Notes under the pieces: generated by a model
The model's database searches: none
What the model saw: only the letters and a program-made list of their open reading frames with translations
What the model was told of the DNA's origin: nothing
Part shown: positions 22,894-32,676 of the stretch, one piece after another
Layout of the letters: every line of letters begins with the position of its first letter
Numbering within the stretch: position 1 is the first letter of the stretch
Made by a program: the position numbers and the translations under genes
IMG/VR virus record: IMGVR_UViG_3300036779_000011
Coordinates: 1 to 33,601 of that record
Source: a virus
Lineage: Duplodnaviria > Caudoviricetes
Length of the DNA: 33,601 bases
Direction: 5' to 3' (one strand)

Positions 22894-25800
22894 CCCCTCA
22901 CCGCCGTTAACTGCGTTGCCAGATTGGTGGCGATCTGGTTGCCCAGTTGCCGCGCCGCGTCCGCCGTCGTCAAGTTACCCGCGTTGATCGTAATCTTGAC
23001 GTCCTGAAAGCCGGTCGTCACCGTGTCGAGCAAATTTTGGCTGATCGTCCGGATATCCTGCAGCGGGACTTTGATGTCGGGCAGATACGGTGCCACGTTG
23101 TAACTCAACTGATCGTTGATCCCGTTCATTGCCGCCAGAGCCGGACCGCTCCAGTCCTTGAATAAGTCGCGGTGGTTCTCGACGGCCTTGGTGGTGTTGC
23201 CCCACGCGATCTCATCGTTGATCTTGAACAGTACGCCGAGGATACCGCCATCGGCGCGGTCGCCGACATACATCATGGTGTAGCGCGTGTTGTGTTCGAT
23301 GGACGCCAGAATGTCGGTCTGGTGCGCCATCTGGAAGTTACTGATCACTCCGGACACCGCCGAGACGACCGAACCCACCGCGCCCACAATGCCGGTGATT
23401 CCACCGAGCGCGCTACTTAGACCGCCCGACGCCGACGACGCGGCATCGGTGCCGCTCGAAGCAACATCACCTGCACCGCCCATGCCCGTTCCGCCGATGT
23501 CCTCGGCATAATTGCCGCCCGAGCTTGACAACCCACTGGTCGGAATACCGGGGATACTTACTCCATCAGTGCCGCTGCCGCCCATGCCCGTTCCGCCGAT
23601 GTCCTCGGCATAATTGCCGCCCGCCGCGCCGCTAGATGGAAACAGCGTGCCCGTCAAGCCGCTAATACTCGTCAGCTTAGTAAGTACCCCGCCCAGTCCT
23701 TGGTCGCCCAGAAGGTTCGCCAATTCGTTCGCGATAAAGTCGGTGATGGCTTTCTTCAGCGGTGCGATGAACGCATTCAGCGCCGTTTCTGCGAGCGACT
23801 GCCATAAGTTGGTCATCAGCTTGCCGAAACTCTGATCACCTGTGATGAGGGCCTTGGTCATGTCGTCGAACGTGGTGCCGATCTCCTTCGACACGGCGGT
23901 ATAGGCCGTCGTCCAAGCGGAGTCCTGCGCCGCCAACCATGTGGTGCGGGCCTGCTCCATCTTTGCCAAGTCTTCCTTCTGAGCGCCCGACAAGCTGGTG
24001 CCGTCCGCCGTGAGTTCGTCGTAAATCTTTTTGTGCGCGTTGATCCATGCCGTCATGTAAGTGGTGCCGTTCTCGTTCGCGCTGGCAGATACCTTGGCGA
24101 AGTCGGCGGCGGCGTCCGTCGCCATCTGCTGCATGGCGTCATGACTCTGCACGCCCAGATCCTTGAAGGCTTGCTGCGCGTCGGTCATCGCGCCGGTCTT
24201 CAGTGTCTTAAGCGTGCCGTCGAGCACTATCGTGGCGGCGTTGACTAACTGAATTTTACCGGGCGCATCGTTCGCCAGAGAGGTGAACCCCGCCAACACC
24301 TGTAGCGCACCGTCGTAGGCGTGCTGATTGTACTGTTGCTGGGTGATGTCGCCCGCCTTCAGCGCGACTTGCCATTTGTTGTTATAGGAATCGACCAACG
24401 ACTGTACCGACTGGTCGAGCTTCTGCGTGCCCAGTTGCAGATCGGCGGTCGACTGTAGCGAGCCATCGCTCTTATCCTTGGCGTTCTGCAATGCCGTCGC
24501 CAGCTTCGTTACGCTGTCGGTGGCGTCCTGTACCGTCGTGACGCCCAATGTCTTCATGTCCGCCGCGAAGCGTTCCGCGGGCGTCGCCATGTCGGTAAGT
24601 TTCTGGTTGAGTTGCGCGAGCCACTGCGTTAACGAATCGGGCGGCGTCTGGCCCATTCCGGCGATGGCGGCGATCATAGCCTCGACCGACTTGATCGTGG
24701 CTTCGATGGCGGGCTTGGCATCGTTGCCCAGCTTGTTCGAGATCAACGTGGCATAGTCGGACCACTTGGTCGAAGCGGCGTCTAACTGGTCCTGCGTTGA
24801 CTGCCCGATGGCGGTCATCGCGGTGGTCCATGCGGTCTGCTGTGCAGTCGCCTGAGCCACGCGCGCGTTGGTGAGTATCTGTTCCTTGGCGGCTACGTCT
24901 TCGTTCGTGGCTTCGCCGTCGTCGAGTGCCTTACTGGCTGCGGTGGCGGCGTCCTGCGCGCGCTGAATGATCGTCGAATAGTATTCGTCGGCGCTGATCT
25001 TCCCATCGGCATACGCCTTCTTGACGTCGCTATTCAGTTGATCGGCAACCTTCTGATTAGCCGCGAGAACGGCACCGAACGCGGCGGTCAGATCGCCGCC
25101 CGTCGCCGTTCCGGACGCCGCTATCGTGGTGTAGGCGTCTTCGGCTTTGTCCGCCATGCCCTGCAGCGACGCCACACTCGACACGCCCAGATCCTTGTAT
25201 GCCGCGCCGAGGGCGACCGTGTGCGTGATAAGCGTCTGGGTTGCGGTGTCGAGATCGTCCCATGCCTTGCCCACGACTTTCTGCGCGGCGGTGGCGTCGT
25301 CGCCCAGTCCGCCGTACATGTCGCTGAACTGCTGCGCGACGTCCGGCGCGATGGCGTTCAGCGCGGCGTATGTCTTCTCCAGTGACGCGTTATAGGCCAT
25401 CGCGTCGGCGGCGGCTTTGGCGGCTTCTGCGTCGGCGGCTTTCTTCTCGGTCGCGGCTTGTTTGGCGGCGTTGGCGGCGGCTAGATCCTGCGCTTCCTTT
25501 GCCTTGCTGGCTTTTGTGGCAGCGCCCATCGCGGCATTGCTGTCTGTTATCGCAGCGGTCGCGGCCTTGGTCGCGGCGGCGGTGGCGTCGATTTGCTGCT
25601 GGCCTTGGTTCCATGCGGCGATGAGCTTACCCACTGCGCTATCGCCGGGGATGTTATTGAAGAAGTCGGTGATCGAAGTTACAACGCTCTTTACCCAACC
25701 CACCAACTCGTTGAACTTCTCGCCCAGTGCGTCGACGACCGCGCCGACTGCGGTCTTAATGCCGTTCCATGCGCCGACGATGCCGTCCTGTAACGGCTGC

Positions 25801-26951
25801 CAGAGATCGTGGAACCAGTCGACAAAGGTCTGAATCGTGGTATTCCACGCCTCGGTGATCTCATCCCAGAGGACCACCAGCACGGCCTTGATCGCGGGCC
25901 ACTCATCATAGACCCACTTACCGATCAGGGCCACCGCCGCGACTACCGCAATGATGGGCAGCGCAGCCGCAGCCGCAGCCAGAGCGGCTTCGCCGAGGCC
26001 AGTGGCTAACAGAGCCATCGCCGCCATCACGGCCATCACGATGGGGGTCGCCGCGCCCAGAGCCAGAATCACGTCCTGAACGTTCGGGTTCAATCCCTTC
26101 CACGCTTCGGTGGCGGCTTGCACTAGCTGTGCCAGTTCGGTTAGTACCGGCGCGAAGTCGTTCTCGATAGCCACCATCGACTTACCGAGAGCGTCTTCGA
26201 AGTCTTTACCGGATTCGCTCATGACGTGCATTGCGCCCGCCCATGTGGTAGTGGCAAGGGAACTTGCGCCGTTGAATCCTGCCAGACTTGCGGTTACGGC
26301 ATCGGTCGCTTCCTGCGCCGTGACCATGCCCTTCTTGACCATCTCCTGCGCCGTCGAGATACTCACGCCGAGACTGGTCGCCAGCGCGCCCCAGCCGTCG
26401 ATGCCTTCCTGCGTGAGCGCCTTCATATCGCGGGCGTTCACGACCAGATGGGCATCCATGTTGGCGAGCGTTGATGCAACATCCGTAATCCATTGCGGGC
26501 TTTGTTTTAGTCCCGCCGCCGCGTCGACGAGCGCGGTCATGGTGGCGGTCGTGGTTTCCGCCGATGCCCCCATCAGCATCATGTTTTTGGCAGCAGGTGC
26601 CAGCGTCTCGGCGAAGTCGAACATCGAGTTAAGCCCGAGTTCCTTCATCGATTCGAAGACCTCGTTCGCCGCTTCAGCGCTGCCTGCCACGGCCACGAAC
26701 CCGGCTTGTAACTTGCTCAACTCGCGCGCAGTGTCGACGCAATCCGCCGCGAAGTCGGTGATCTGTTTTGCTATCTCGGCGAGTCCCGCAGCTTCGGCCA
26801 TCTCGCCGAACGCCTTGGTGATCGAGCCGATGCCGTCCGCCGCCGCCTGCGACTGCGCGTTGACCTGATTCACCATGTCTTTCAGCGAAGACAGAAACTC
26901 GGTGTTGTCGAGTGTCGCGCGCGCTTTTAGTTCGCCAGCATCAGCGGCCAT
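22890..26951 (-). CDS. Tape measure protein
   Basis: 1353 aa, Ala-rich helical, N-terminal tape_meas-like domain, TM segment, Trp-periodic repeats; follows the chaperone genes. Confidence 0.95.
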   Translation of the reverse strand: MAADAGELKARATLDNTEFLSSLKDMVNQVNAQSQAAADGIGSITKAFGEMAEAAGLAEIAKQITDFAADCVDTARELSKLQAGFVAVAGSAEAANEVFESMKELGLNSMFDFAETLAPAAKNMMLMGASAETTTATMTALVDAAAGLKQSPQWITDVASTLANMDAHLVVNARDMKALTQEGIDGWGALATSLGVSISTAQEMVKKGMVTAQEATDAVTASLAGFNGASSLATTTWAGAMHVMSESGKDFEDALGKSMVAIENDFAPVLTELAQLVQAATEAWKGLNPNVQDVILALGAATPIVMAVMAAMALLATGLGEAALAAAAAALPIIAVVAAVALIGKWVYDEWPAIKAVLVVLWDEITEAWNTTIQTFVDWFHDLWQPLQDGIVGAWNGIKTAVGAVVDALGEKFNELVGWVKSVVTSITDFFNNIPGDSAVGKLIAAWNQGQQQIDATAAATKAATAAITDSNAAMGAATKASKAKEAQDLAAANAAKQAATEKKAADAEAAKAAADAMAYNASLEKTYAALNAIAPDVAQQFSDMYGGLGDDATAAQKVVGKAWDDLDTATQTLITHTVALGAAYKDLGVSSVASLQGMADKAEDAYTTIAASGTATGGDLTAAFGAVLAANQKVADQLNSDVKKAYADGKISADEYYSTIIQRAQDAATAASKALDDGEATNEDVAAKEQILTNARVAQATAQQTAWTTAMTAIGQSTQDQLDAASTKWSDYATLISNKLGNDAKPAIEATIKSVEAMIAAIAGMGQTPPDSLTQWLAQLNQKLTDMATPAERFAADMKTLGVTTVQDATDSVTKLATALQNAKDKSDGSLQSTADLQLGTQKLDQSVQSLVDSYNNKWQVALKAGDITQQQYNQHAYDGALQVLAGFTSLANDAPGKIQLVNAATIVLDGTLKTLKTGAMTDAQQAFKDLGVQSHDAMQQMATDAAADFAKVSASANENGTTYMTAWINAHKKIYDELTADGTSLSGAQKEDLAKMEQARTTWLAAQDSAWTTAYTAVSKEIGTTFDDMTKALITGDQSFGKLMTNLWQSLAETALNAFIAPLKKAITDFIANELANLLGDQGLGGVLTKLTSISGLTGTLFPSSGAAGGNYAEDIGGTGMGGSGTDGVSIPGIPTSGLSSSGGNYAEDIGGTGMGGAGDVASSGTDAASSASGGLSSALGGITGIVGAVGSVVSAVSGVISNFQMAHQTDILASIEHNTRYTMMYVGDRADGGILGVLFKINDEIAWGNTTKAVENHRDLFKDWSGPALAAMNGINDQLSYNVAPYLPDIKVPLQDIRTISQNLLDTVTTGFQDVKITINAGNLTTADAARQLGNQIATNLATQLTAVRG
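23476..23623. repeat. Exact 46-bp direct repeat inside TMP (23476-23521, 23578-23623)
   Basis: Encodes GGNYAEDIGGTGMGG twice. Confidence 0.95.
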
Positions 26952-27423
26952 GTTTTACCCTGCCTGACCAGTACGCTTGTGAGTAAGCATCGAATCGTCT
27001 GATAACGCCGTCGTCCTCACCCGGCGCATACTTCGAGGGCGGACGTTCGCCCGGAAGCGCGGCACGCATCCCGCGCGCGGGCACCGGAGCTAGTAGTAAT
27101 GCGGGTCTGCCGCGTTGCGGCTTGAGTGATGCGGCGGGCGCATCGTCCTCGGTAAGTGCGATGCGCGCGCGTCGGCGGAGCATGAAGTCGACCGGCTCCA
27201 TGAACTCCGCCTCCGCCTTGCGGTTGACGTTGAAGACCGCCCACGGATTCAGGGCGGCGCAGTACTCGAAAAAGTCCTGCTGCTCCAGATCGCGCGCGGC
27301 TAGTGCGTTGAACTCTTCGAAGGTGAGGTCCCAGACTTCTAATTCACTACACCGGAAGTCGTAGCGGCCAACGGCCCAGATGTCGAGCCAGCTTCTTTCA
27401 GTGGCTCTGCTGGGCTGCCTGCG
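26941..27423 (-). CDS. Tail assembly chaperone -1 frameshift extension (gpT part of gpGT, fusion ~273 aa)
   Basis: -1 frame open from the slippery site: RRQPS...WLDIWAVGRYDF...VWDLTFEEFNAL...MEPVDF... to TGA at 26941. Confidence 0.85.
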   Translation of the reverse strand, partial: RRQPSRATERSWLDIWAVGRYDFRCSELEVWDLTFEEFNALAARDLEQQDFFEYCAALNPWAVFNVNRKAEAEFMEPVDFMLRRRARIALTEDDAPAASLKPQRGRPALLLAPVPARGMRAALPGERPPSKYAPGEDDGVIRRFDAYSQAYWSGRVKHGR

Positions 27424-27761
27424 TTTGGGAGTCGCGCCAGTATCCGGTCCATGTCGGGGAAGACGCCCGTCGTGGCGTAAGCCAGCATCGGCGCGAGATC
27501 AAGTAACATGCGCGCGTCGACGTTTTCCTCCACCCAGTCGAGCGTGATGTCCGGCTGTTTGGTCTTCAGTCCGTAATAGAGCATCGTCGCCAGCTTCGCG
27601 GGATCGCGCAGCGAGTCGCCCAGACCTTCGCCCTTCAGCACTGAGATGTGGTGTTCGACGTCGAGCGTCTTCAGCACCTTGAGCGGGAAACGTAACTCCA
27701 ACTTGCGGTCGCCGATGTCGAGCACGATGGGTTCGCCTGCATTGGGTTTCTTGTATGGCAT
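27339..27761 (-). CDS. Tail assembly chaperone (gpG-like)
   Basis: Between major tail and TMP; LELRF...LYYGL motif; slippery site. Confidence 0.88.
   Translation of the reverse strand: MPYKKPNAGEPIVLDIGDRKLELRFPLKVLKTLDVEHHISVLKGEGLGDSLRDPAKLATMLYYGLKTKQPDITLDWVEENVDARMLLDLAPMLAYATTGVFPDMDRILARLPNAGSPAEPLKEAGSTSGPLAATTSGVVN
27423..27429 (-). other. -1 ribosomal slippery heptamer C CCA AAC
   Basis: X XXY YYZ in the correct frame (L-P-N codons CTC CCA AAC) of the chaperone gene. Confidence 0.85.
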
Positions 27762-27768
27762 AACGTTC

Positions 27769-28515
27769 CTAGCTCGCCATCTGCCCGATGTTGAAGATCA
27801 GATTCAGGCCGGTGATGTTGATCGACCCGGTGCGAGCGGTGCCGCTTACTCCTGCGGCAACGGCATAAGTTACACTGCCGTCGCCCTGTTGTGGTGCAGT
27901 GGGCGACGTAATCGTGATCCACGGATCGCTGGGAATGGCGCTCCAAGGCGCATTACTACCGCCTGCTTTTACGGTAATCGTGCCGGTCGGCGCGCCCGCA
28001 TTCGGAACCGTCAAGTCTTCGGCGGGCGTCAACATGATGGTGGAAGGCACGACCGTCATCGGCGTGGTGATCCTGATGGCGATATTACGCGTCATGACTC
28101 CGGCGACCTTATAGTCTTCGCCCATCGTCTTGACGAAGCCGCGAAACTGGCGCGTGTAGTGCGACGGGTCGGGCGCGACTAACTGAAACTTAGTCACCAC
28201 GCGGTTAAAGAACAAGTACTCGACACCGAAGGTCGAGTTAGCCGACTGCGTGGGGTCTTCCGGATTCCAGAAACACGGAAACGCCAAGTCGCCCAGATCG
28301 ATCAGACCGGGCACGGTCGACTTGATCGGCGCGCCAGTCGAGTGGGAAGTCGTGTCGACCTCCGCCATCGCGTTCGACGGGCCGGTGATGTCGCCGACTC
28401 CTGCGATGGTCGTGTATGTCTCGGGCGACGAGCCCGAAAGTACCTGTACTAGCGTGCCGTAGGCGGGGAATCCGCTGGCAACGGGATCGGCGGTAGCTCT
28501 CTCTGAGGGTGTCAT
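27769..28515 (-). CDS. Major tail (tube) protein with C-terminal BACON/Ig-like domain
   Basis: ITGP...EVDTTSH...PGLIDLG tail-tube motif; WSAIPSDPWITI...GSVTYAV...RTGSINI BACON pattern; AAGGAG RBS. Confidence 0.92.
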   Translation of the reverse strand: MTPSERATADPVASGFPAYGTLVQVLSGSSPETYTTIAGVGDITGPSNAMAEVDTTSHSTGAPIKSTVPGLIDLGDLAFPCFWNPEDPTQSANSTFGVEYLFFNRVVTKFQLVAPDPSHYTRQFRGFVKTMGEDYKVAGVMTRNIAIRITTPMTVVPSTIMLTPAEDLTVPNAGAPTGTITVKAGGSNAPWSAIPSDPWITITSPTAPQQGDGSVTYAVAAGVSGTARTGSINITGLNLIFNIGQMAS

Positions 28516-28570
28516 GTTACGTGCTCCTTAACTGCGGGTTGGTGTTGCGGGTTGTACTGCGGGTAAGACT

Positions 28571-31339
28571 TCATGCGGTTGTCCATGCGGCGGTCGTCCA
28601 ATGAAACACACCGGGGAATCCGTTCACTGTTACGGTCGGGGTGAAGCTCTGCGGGGCCACATTCATGGCGAAGTAAGTCGGGTTGCCGTGGCCGTCCTGA
28701 TAGCCCTGATTGATGAGCGGTGTCTGAACGGTGGAGTCGTTCTGGGTCAACATCAACGAGCACCAGTAGGACACGATGACATCCTTAAGCCCGGTCGTCG
28801 TCAGCAATGCGCCTTGACAGGCGGACGCGTTACAGGTTGCCTCAGTCGTCGCGCTCGCGGCATCGAAGACGAACTGTCCCGCCGATTGGTGGAACTCCAG
28901 CCCGCCGATGGTGAACGTGCCCGTACCCGTCTGCGCGACGGTGACGCTGGTGATTCCGGCAGGACAATTCAGGGCTTGCCAGATTTCCGACACGCGGCCA
29001 TCGGTGGTTGACACCGAACGCGAACCGGGCACGCGCGTGCAAGTCCCGAGCCCGGTAATTGACACGACGCTATCGGTAGGACTGTTACGGAAGCCAACGC
29101 AGAACACCATCAAATTCCCGGCTCCGGTTGCCGCGAAGGTATACGACCCGTTGCCAGTGATGTCGACGGCATTGTTTTCGTGCACGACGCTGATCGTGCC
29201 CACTCCGGTCGTCGCGGTGATCGTGATCGTGAGCCCGCTGGTCGATGCGGTCAGATGCGTGGGCGTCGTCGAGTCCGTGACGGTCACTGTTACCGCCGAC
29301 GCCGCGACGGCTGCGGTCGGCGTTCCGCTGATCATTCCGGTAGATGGATTGATCGAGAGTCCTGCGGGTAACGGGGTCGACGTGTAGGCGTAAGGACCCG
29401 CGCCGCCCGAAGCGGTCTGTCCGAATGAGTACCCCGTCCCCACAGCGCCATTCGGAAACGCGTTGTTAGTGATCGTGAGCGGCTGCGCCCCGCTGGTGAT
29501 TGTGATCTGTAGCCCGCTGGTGGATGCGGTCTGCCGAGTCGGTGCCGTCGAGTCGGTGACGGTGACGACAACGGAAGTAGGCCCGCCCGCCGTCGTGGGC
29601 GTGCCGGTGATCGCGCCGGTTGCGCTGTTGATTACCAACCCTGCAGGCAACCCCGTCGCGGCGTAGCTGTAAGGTGCAACGCCTCCGGAGGCCGTCTGCT
29701 GCGCGTTGTAGGACGTCCCCACGACGCCGCTGGGCATGGCGTTGCTGGTGATCCGGAGGATGGGCGGCGTGCCGCTCAGAATGGCCTGAATCGCCGTTGC
29801 GAAGATCCCCGCCATGATGGCGTGCCCTGCGTTGTTCGGATGGCTCGTGTCCGACATGTAAGCCGGGGTGTAAGTCGCGAACGCAGGATCAGCGCCGATA
29901 TCGGCGAACGCGTCGCCGATGGGCGTCGCCCGCAACAGCGCGTTGTAGGCGTTGAACTCGGTAAGTTGCGCGCCGCTATAGTTGTGATTCGTGAGAGAAC
30001 TACTCACCACCTTGAAGCCGACCGACTGGAAGGTCTGCGCGATCTGCTGCTGATTGTTATAGATCTGCTGCGCGGTCAGTCCGTTGGTCATGTCCGTGTC
30101 GCCGTCATAGAGGCAGACGATGTTCGCCGTCGCGCTGGCATCATAGAGAGACTTGGTGTAGGCGATGCCGCTCAACTGTTGCGCGAACCCGCTGCCCAGT
30201 GAGCTGGTGTTCGCGCCGCTGACAAGCGAGTAGGACGTCGCCGGCCGTTTGGCTACGTCGGCGGTCATGCCGCCATCGGTCGATGCGCCCCATTCGAGAA
30301 AGACCGAGTTACCGTACCAGACCAGATTGATGGGGCGTTTCGCGGTCGCCGTTCCGTACTGCGTTGCCGCGTAAGCAAACAACTGCGCGAGTTCGCCGGA
30401 CGTCAACACGCGGGGATAAATGAAGACTTCCTGCAGCATCCCTTGAAAGCCGAACAACGAACCGCCACTGGCGGCGGCTGCATAGCCCGATCCGAGCGCG
30501 CCGCCCGCGAGAGCGGCGGAAGCCAGGGCGGCTGCCGATGCGCTGGAGAAGCTGCGCGTCAAGGTGAGCGCGGTGGCGGACGACTGCAGACAGTACGCGA
30601 ACGGTCCGGTCCCCAGATCCGCGACCGAGACGCCATGAAACGCGCCGCCCTGATGATAGCCGAGAGTGTTCTGAAGATTGGCCGGTCCGATGCCGGACGA
30701 TGCGCCGAGTCCGACCATCGGCCCCGCTTGCCCGTTACTGAAGCCGCCCTCACCGATGACGAAGATAGTCACGTTCTGTTGATTGGTCGCGAGCGCGGCG
30801 GGGATCGTGAGAAAGGTTTGCGAGTTGCCGCCCGTCTGCGTTGCGTTACCCGTTCCGGCACCGAACCAGACACCGGGCGCGAGTCCGGCAATGGTCTGCG
30901 CGGCGGTGACATACTGCGGCTGGTTGGCGGCGACGGCTTGCGTGGCGTTGTATCCGTTGCCGCTTGAGTCGGGCCACGCCGTGACCGGCGCGCCGTTCGC
31001 CACTGGAGTGATGGAACTGGCGATGTAACGCGCGGCCACTCCGGGCGGCAACGGGTTCGGGTTCGCCGCGACGTTGATATGCTTCCCGGTTGTCGAAGCC
31101 GTCTGACCGTTGGCGTCCGTTGCCGTGATCGTGACCGCGTTCGTTCCCGCCGTCGTGGGCGTGCCGGTAATGCGACCTGTAGCAGCGTTGATCGTGAGTC
31201 CTGCAGGCAACCCGGTGGCGGCATACGTGCAGGGCAGCACGCCTCCGGTCGAGAAGCATTCGTATGAGTACGCCGTCCCCGCCACCGCGTCCGGCAGATC
31301 GGCATTAAGCACCGTCAGTAAAGCGGGTCCGATCAGCAT
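28571..31339 (-). CDS. Multidomain virion protein: putative-Ig (He_PIG) x3, LamG-like domain, SGNH/GDSL hydrolase, C-terminal beta domain
   Basis: LPAGLxINxxTGxIxGTPT x3; W.DSSGNGYNATQ...FQGMLQEVFIYPRVLT; GNS block I and DTSHPN D-x-x-H. Confidence 0.8.
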   Translation of the reverse strand: MLIGPALLTVLNADLPDAVAGTAYSYECFSTGGVLPCTYAATGLPAGLTINAATGRITGTPTTAGTNAVTITATDANGQTASTTGKHINVAANPNPLPPGVAARYIASSITPVANGAPVTAWPDSSGNGYNATQAVAANQPQYVTAAQTIAGLAPGVWFGAGTGNATQTGGNSQTFLTIPAALATNQQNVTIFVIGEGGFSNGQAGPMVGLGASSGIGPANLQNTLGYHQGGAFHGVSVADLGTGPFAYCLQSSATALTLTRSFSSASAAALASAALAGGALGSGYAAAASGGSLFGFQGMLQEVFIYPRVLTSGELAQLFAYAATQYGTATAKRPINLVWYGNSVFLEWGASTDGGMTADVAKRPATSYSLVSGANTSSLGSGFAQQLSGIAYTKSLYDASATANIVCLYDGDTDMTNGLTAQQIYNNQQQIAQTFQSVGFKVVSSSLTNHNYSGAQLTEFNAYNALLRATPIGDAFADIGADPAFATYTPAYMSDTSHPNNAGHAIMAGIFATAIQAILSGTPPILRITSNAMPSGVVGTSYNAQQTASGGVAPYSYAATGLPAGLVINSATGAITGTPTTAGGPTSVVVTVTDSTAPTRQTASTSGLQITITSGAQPLTITNNAFPNGAVGTGYSFGQTASGGAGPYAYTSTPLPAGLSINPSTGMISGTPTAAVAASAVTVTVTDSTTPTHLTASTSGLTITITATTGVGTISVVHENNAVDITGNGSYTFAATGAGNLMVFCVGFRNSPTDSVVSITGLGTCTRVPGSRSVSTTDGRVSEIWQALNCPAGITSVTVAQTGTGTFTIGGLEFHQSAGQFVFDAASATTEATCNASACQGALLTTTGLKDVIVSYWCSLMLTQNDSTVQTPLINQGYQDGHGNPTYFAMNVAPQSFTPTVTVNGFPGVFHWTTAAWTTA

Positions 31340-31770
31340 AAGACCTTCTCCGCTGCGCGTCTTGTCGGCAGGTAGTTAAACATAATCTGGTACTCCTGAA
31401 TGACTTGATAGATCAGCGTGTCGGACTCCCACGCCCACGTCTGGGTCATATAGAACGAATGGCCGATATGCACGTTCTCGAAGTCGCCGTTCAACGTGTC
31501 GAGATACACGCGCAACGAGTCGCCGATGGCAAGCGCGCGCGACTGCGAACTATCGAAGATCGAGATCTGATACAGGCGTTCCACCTGATCAATTGGTCCG
31601 ATGTGCGTCTTCAGGCCCAGCGGGTTGACGGGCGCGACCATGAAGAAGACGACATAAGGCGTCTGGGTCTTCTGGTTGGGCACCTGCGGCGCGCGCATCA
31701 GGAAGACACGGTCCGCCACAAGGTTGGTCTGTATCAGTAAGTCGCGAAGCGTCTGCTCAAAGATGATCAT
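31333..31770 (-). CDS. Tail terminator/completion protein (DUF3168-like)
   Basis: LVADRVF..RAPQ...PYVVF...YQISIF...A.AIGD.LR..L; position after gp10-like gene. Confidence 0.85.
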   Translation of the reverse strand: MIIFEQTLRDLLIQTNLVADRVFLMRAPQVPNQKTQTPYVVFFMVAPVNPLGLKTHIGPIDQVERLYQISIFDSSQSRALAIGDSLRVYLDTLNGDFENVHIGHSFYMTQTWAWESDTLIYQVIQEYQIMFNYLPTRRAAEKVLC

Positions 31771-32222
31771 GTGGGATGCACCGCGTTAGCGGCGGCGGCT
31801 GACTCCAGCAATCGCTGAACACCGGGCGCGATGTCCGCCGCATAAGTGGACATGAACTGCTGAATAGCAGGACGAAAGAACGGCTGCGCGCTCATCTTCG
31901 AGGTGCCGAACTCGACGAAGACGGCGTAATAGGCAACGCGCTTGCGGGCCACGATGAAGATACCGCGCTGTTTGGCCGGTCCGGGCGTCGCGATCAGTGA
32001 ACGCTTCAGTGAACCGGGCGGGTACTTCTTGTTTAACTTCGACTCCGGCCCCTTGTACATCGGCGCAAGATTCGCGGCGTTGGCGATCATCGCGGTGCAG
32101 GGCGGCAGGATGATGGCTTTCACGTCCGGGTCGGTATCGTTCAGTTTCACGCCGACTTGGTTGTATGTGTTGATCAACTCCTTGACGCCCAGCCATGCGA
32201 ACTTCACCTTCGGCCCCGCCAT
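31767..32222 (-). CDS. HK97 gp10-family neck/tail protein
   Basis: GSLKRSL...YYAVFVEFGTSKMSAQPFFRPA. Confidence 0.93.
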   Translation of the reverse strand: MAGPKVKFAWLGVKELINTYNQVGVKLNDTDPDVKAIILPPCTAMIANAANLAPMYKGPESKLNKKYPPGSLKRSLIATPGPAKQRGIFIVARKRVAYYAVFVEFGTSKMSAQPFFRPAIQQFMSTYAADIAPGVQRLLESAAAANAVHPT

Positions 32223-32223
32223 A

Positions 32224-32676
32224 TCAGGACCTCTTCACGACGGACGCCTGTAAGGTGACGTACACCGTGGCCCATGCCTGTTGGCCGCTAAGAGTCGCCG
32301 TCAACGCGTCGCTAGCGCCGGTCGTAATCGTGGCAGGCGCGGTATACAAGCCATTCGCGTCGACCGTGCCCAGCGCGCCCGCTGCGAGACTCCATGTAAA
32401 CGTGGCGGGCGATACCGTCGACCCGTCCGGATTCGTGGCCGTGGCCGTGAACTGTTGCGTCTGCGCTGCGGTAAGTGAAGCCGTGAGCGGCGAGACGGTG
32501 ACGCGCACGCCCGCGTTGCGCTCCGAATAGGTGAAGCTGTTCTGCTGTCGGTCCTGGCAGGTAACGGTATGCGTCGCGGCGCTCCCGTCGAGCGTGACCG
32601 AGGCATTCGAGACGGTGTAAGTCGTGCCCGCGATGTAAGCGTCGAGAGCATCGAAGACTGGCTTCGGGTCGTTCAT
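32224..32676 (-). CDS. Ig-like (Big_2-type) domain protein
   Basis: VTVSPLTASLTAAQTQQFTATA...TWS...GTVDANGLYTAP. Confidence 0.85.
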   Translation of the reverse strand: MNDPKPVFDALDAYIAGTTYTVSNASVTLDGSAATHTVTCQDRQQNSFTYSERNAGVRVTVSPLTASLTAAQTQQFTATATNPDGSTVSPATFTWSLAAGALGTVDANGLYTAPATITTGASDALTATLSGQQAWATVYVTLQASVVKRS

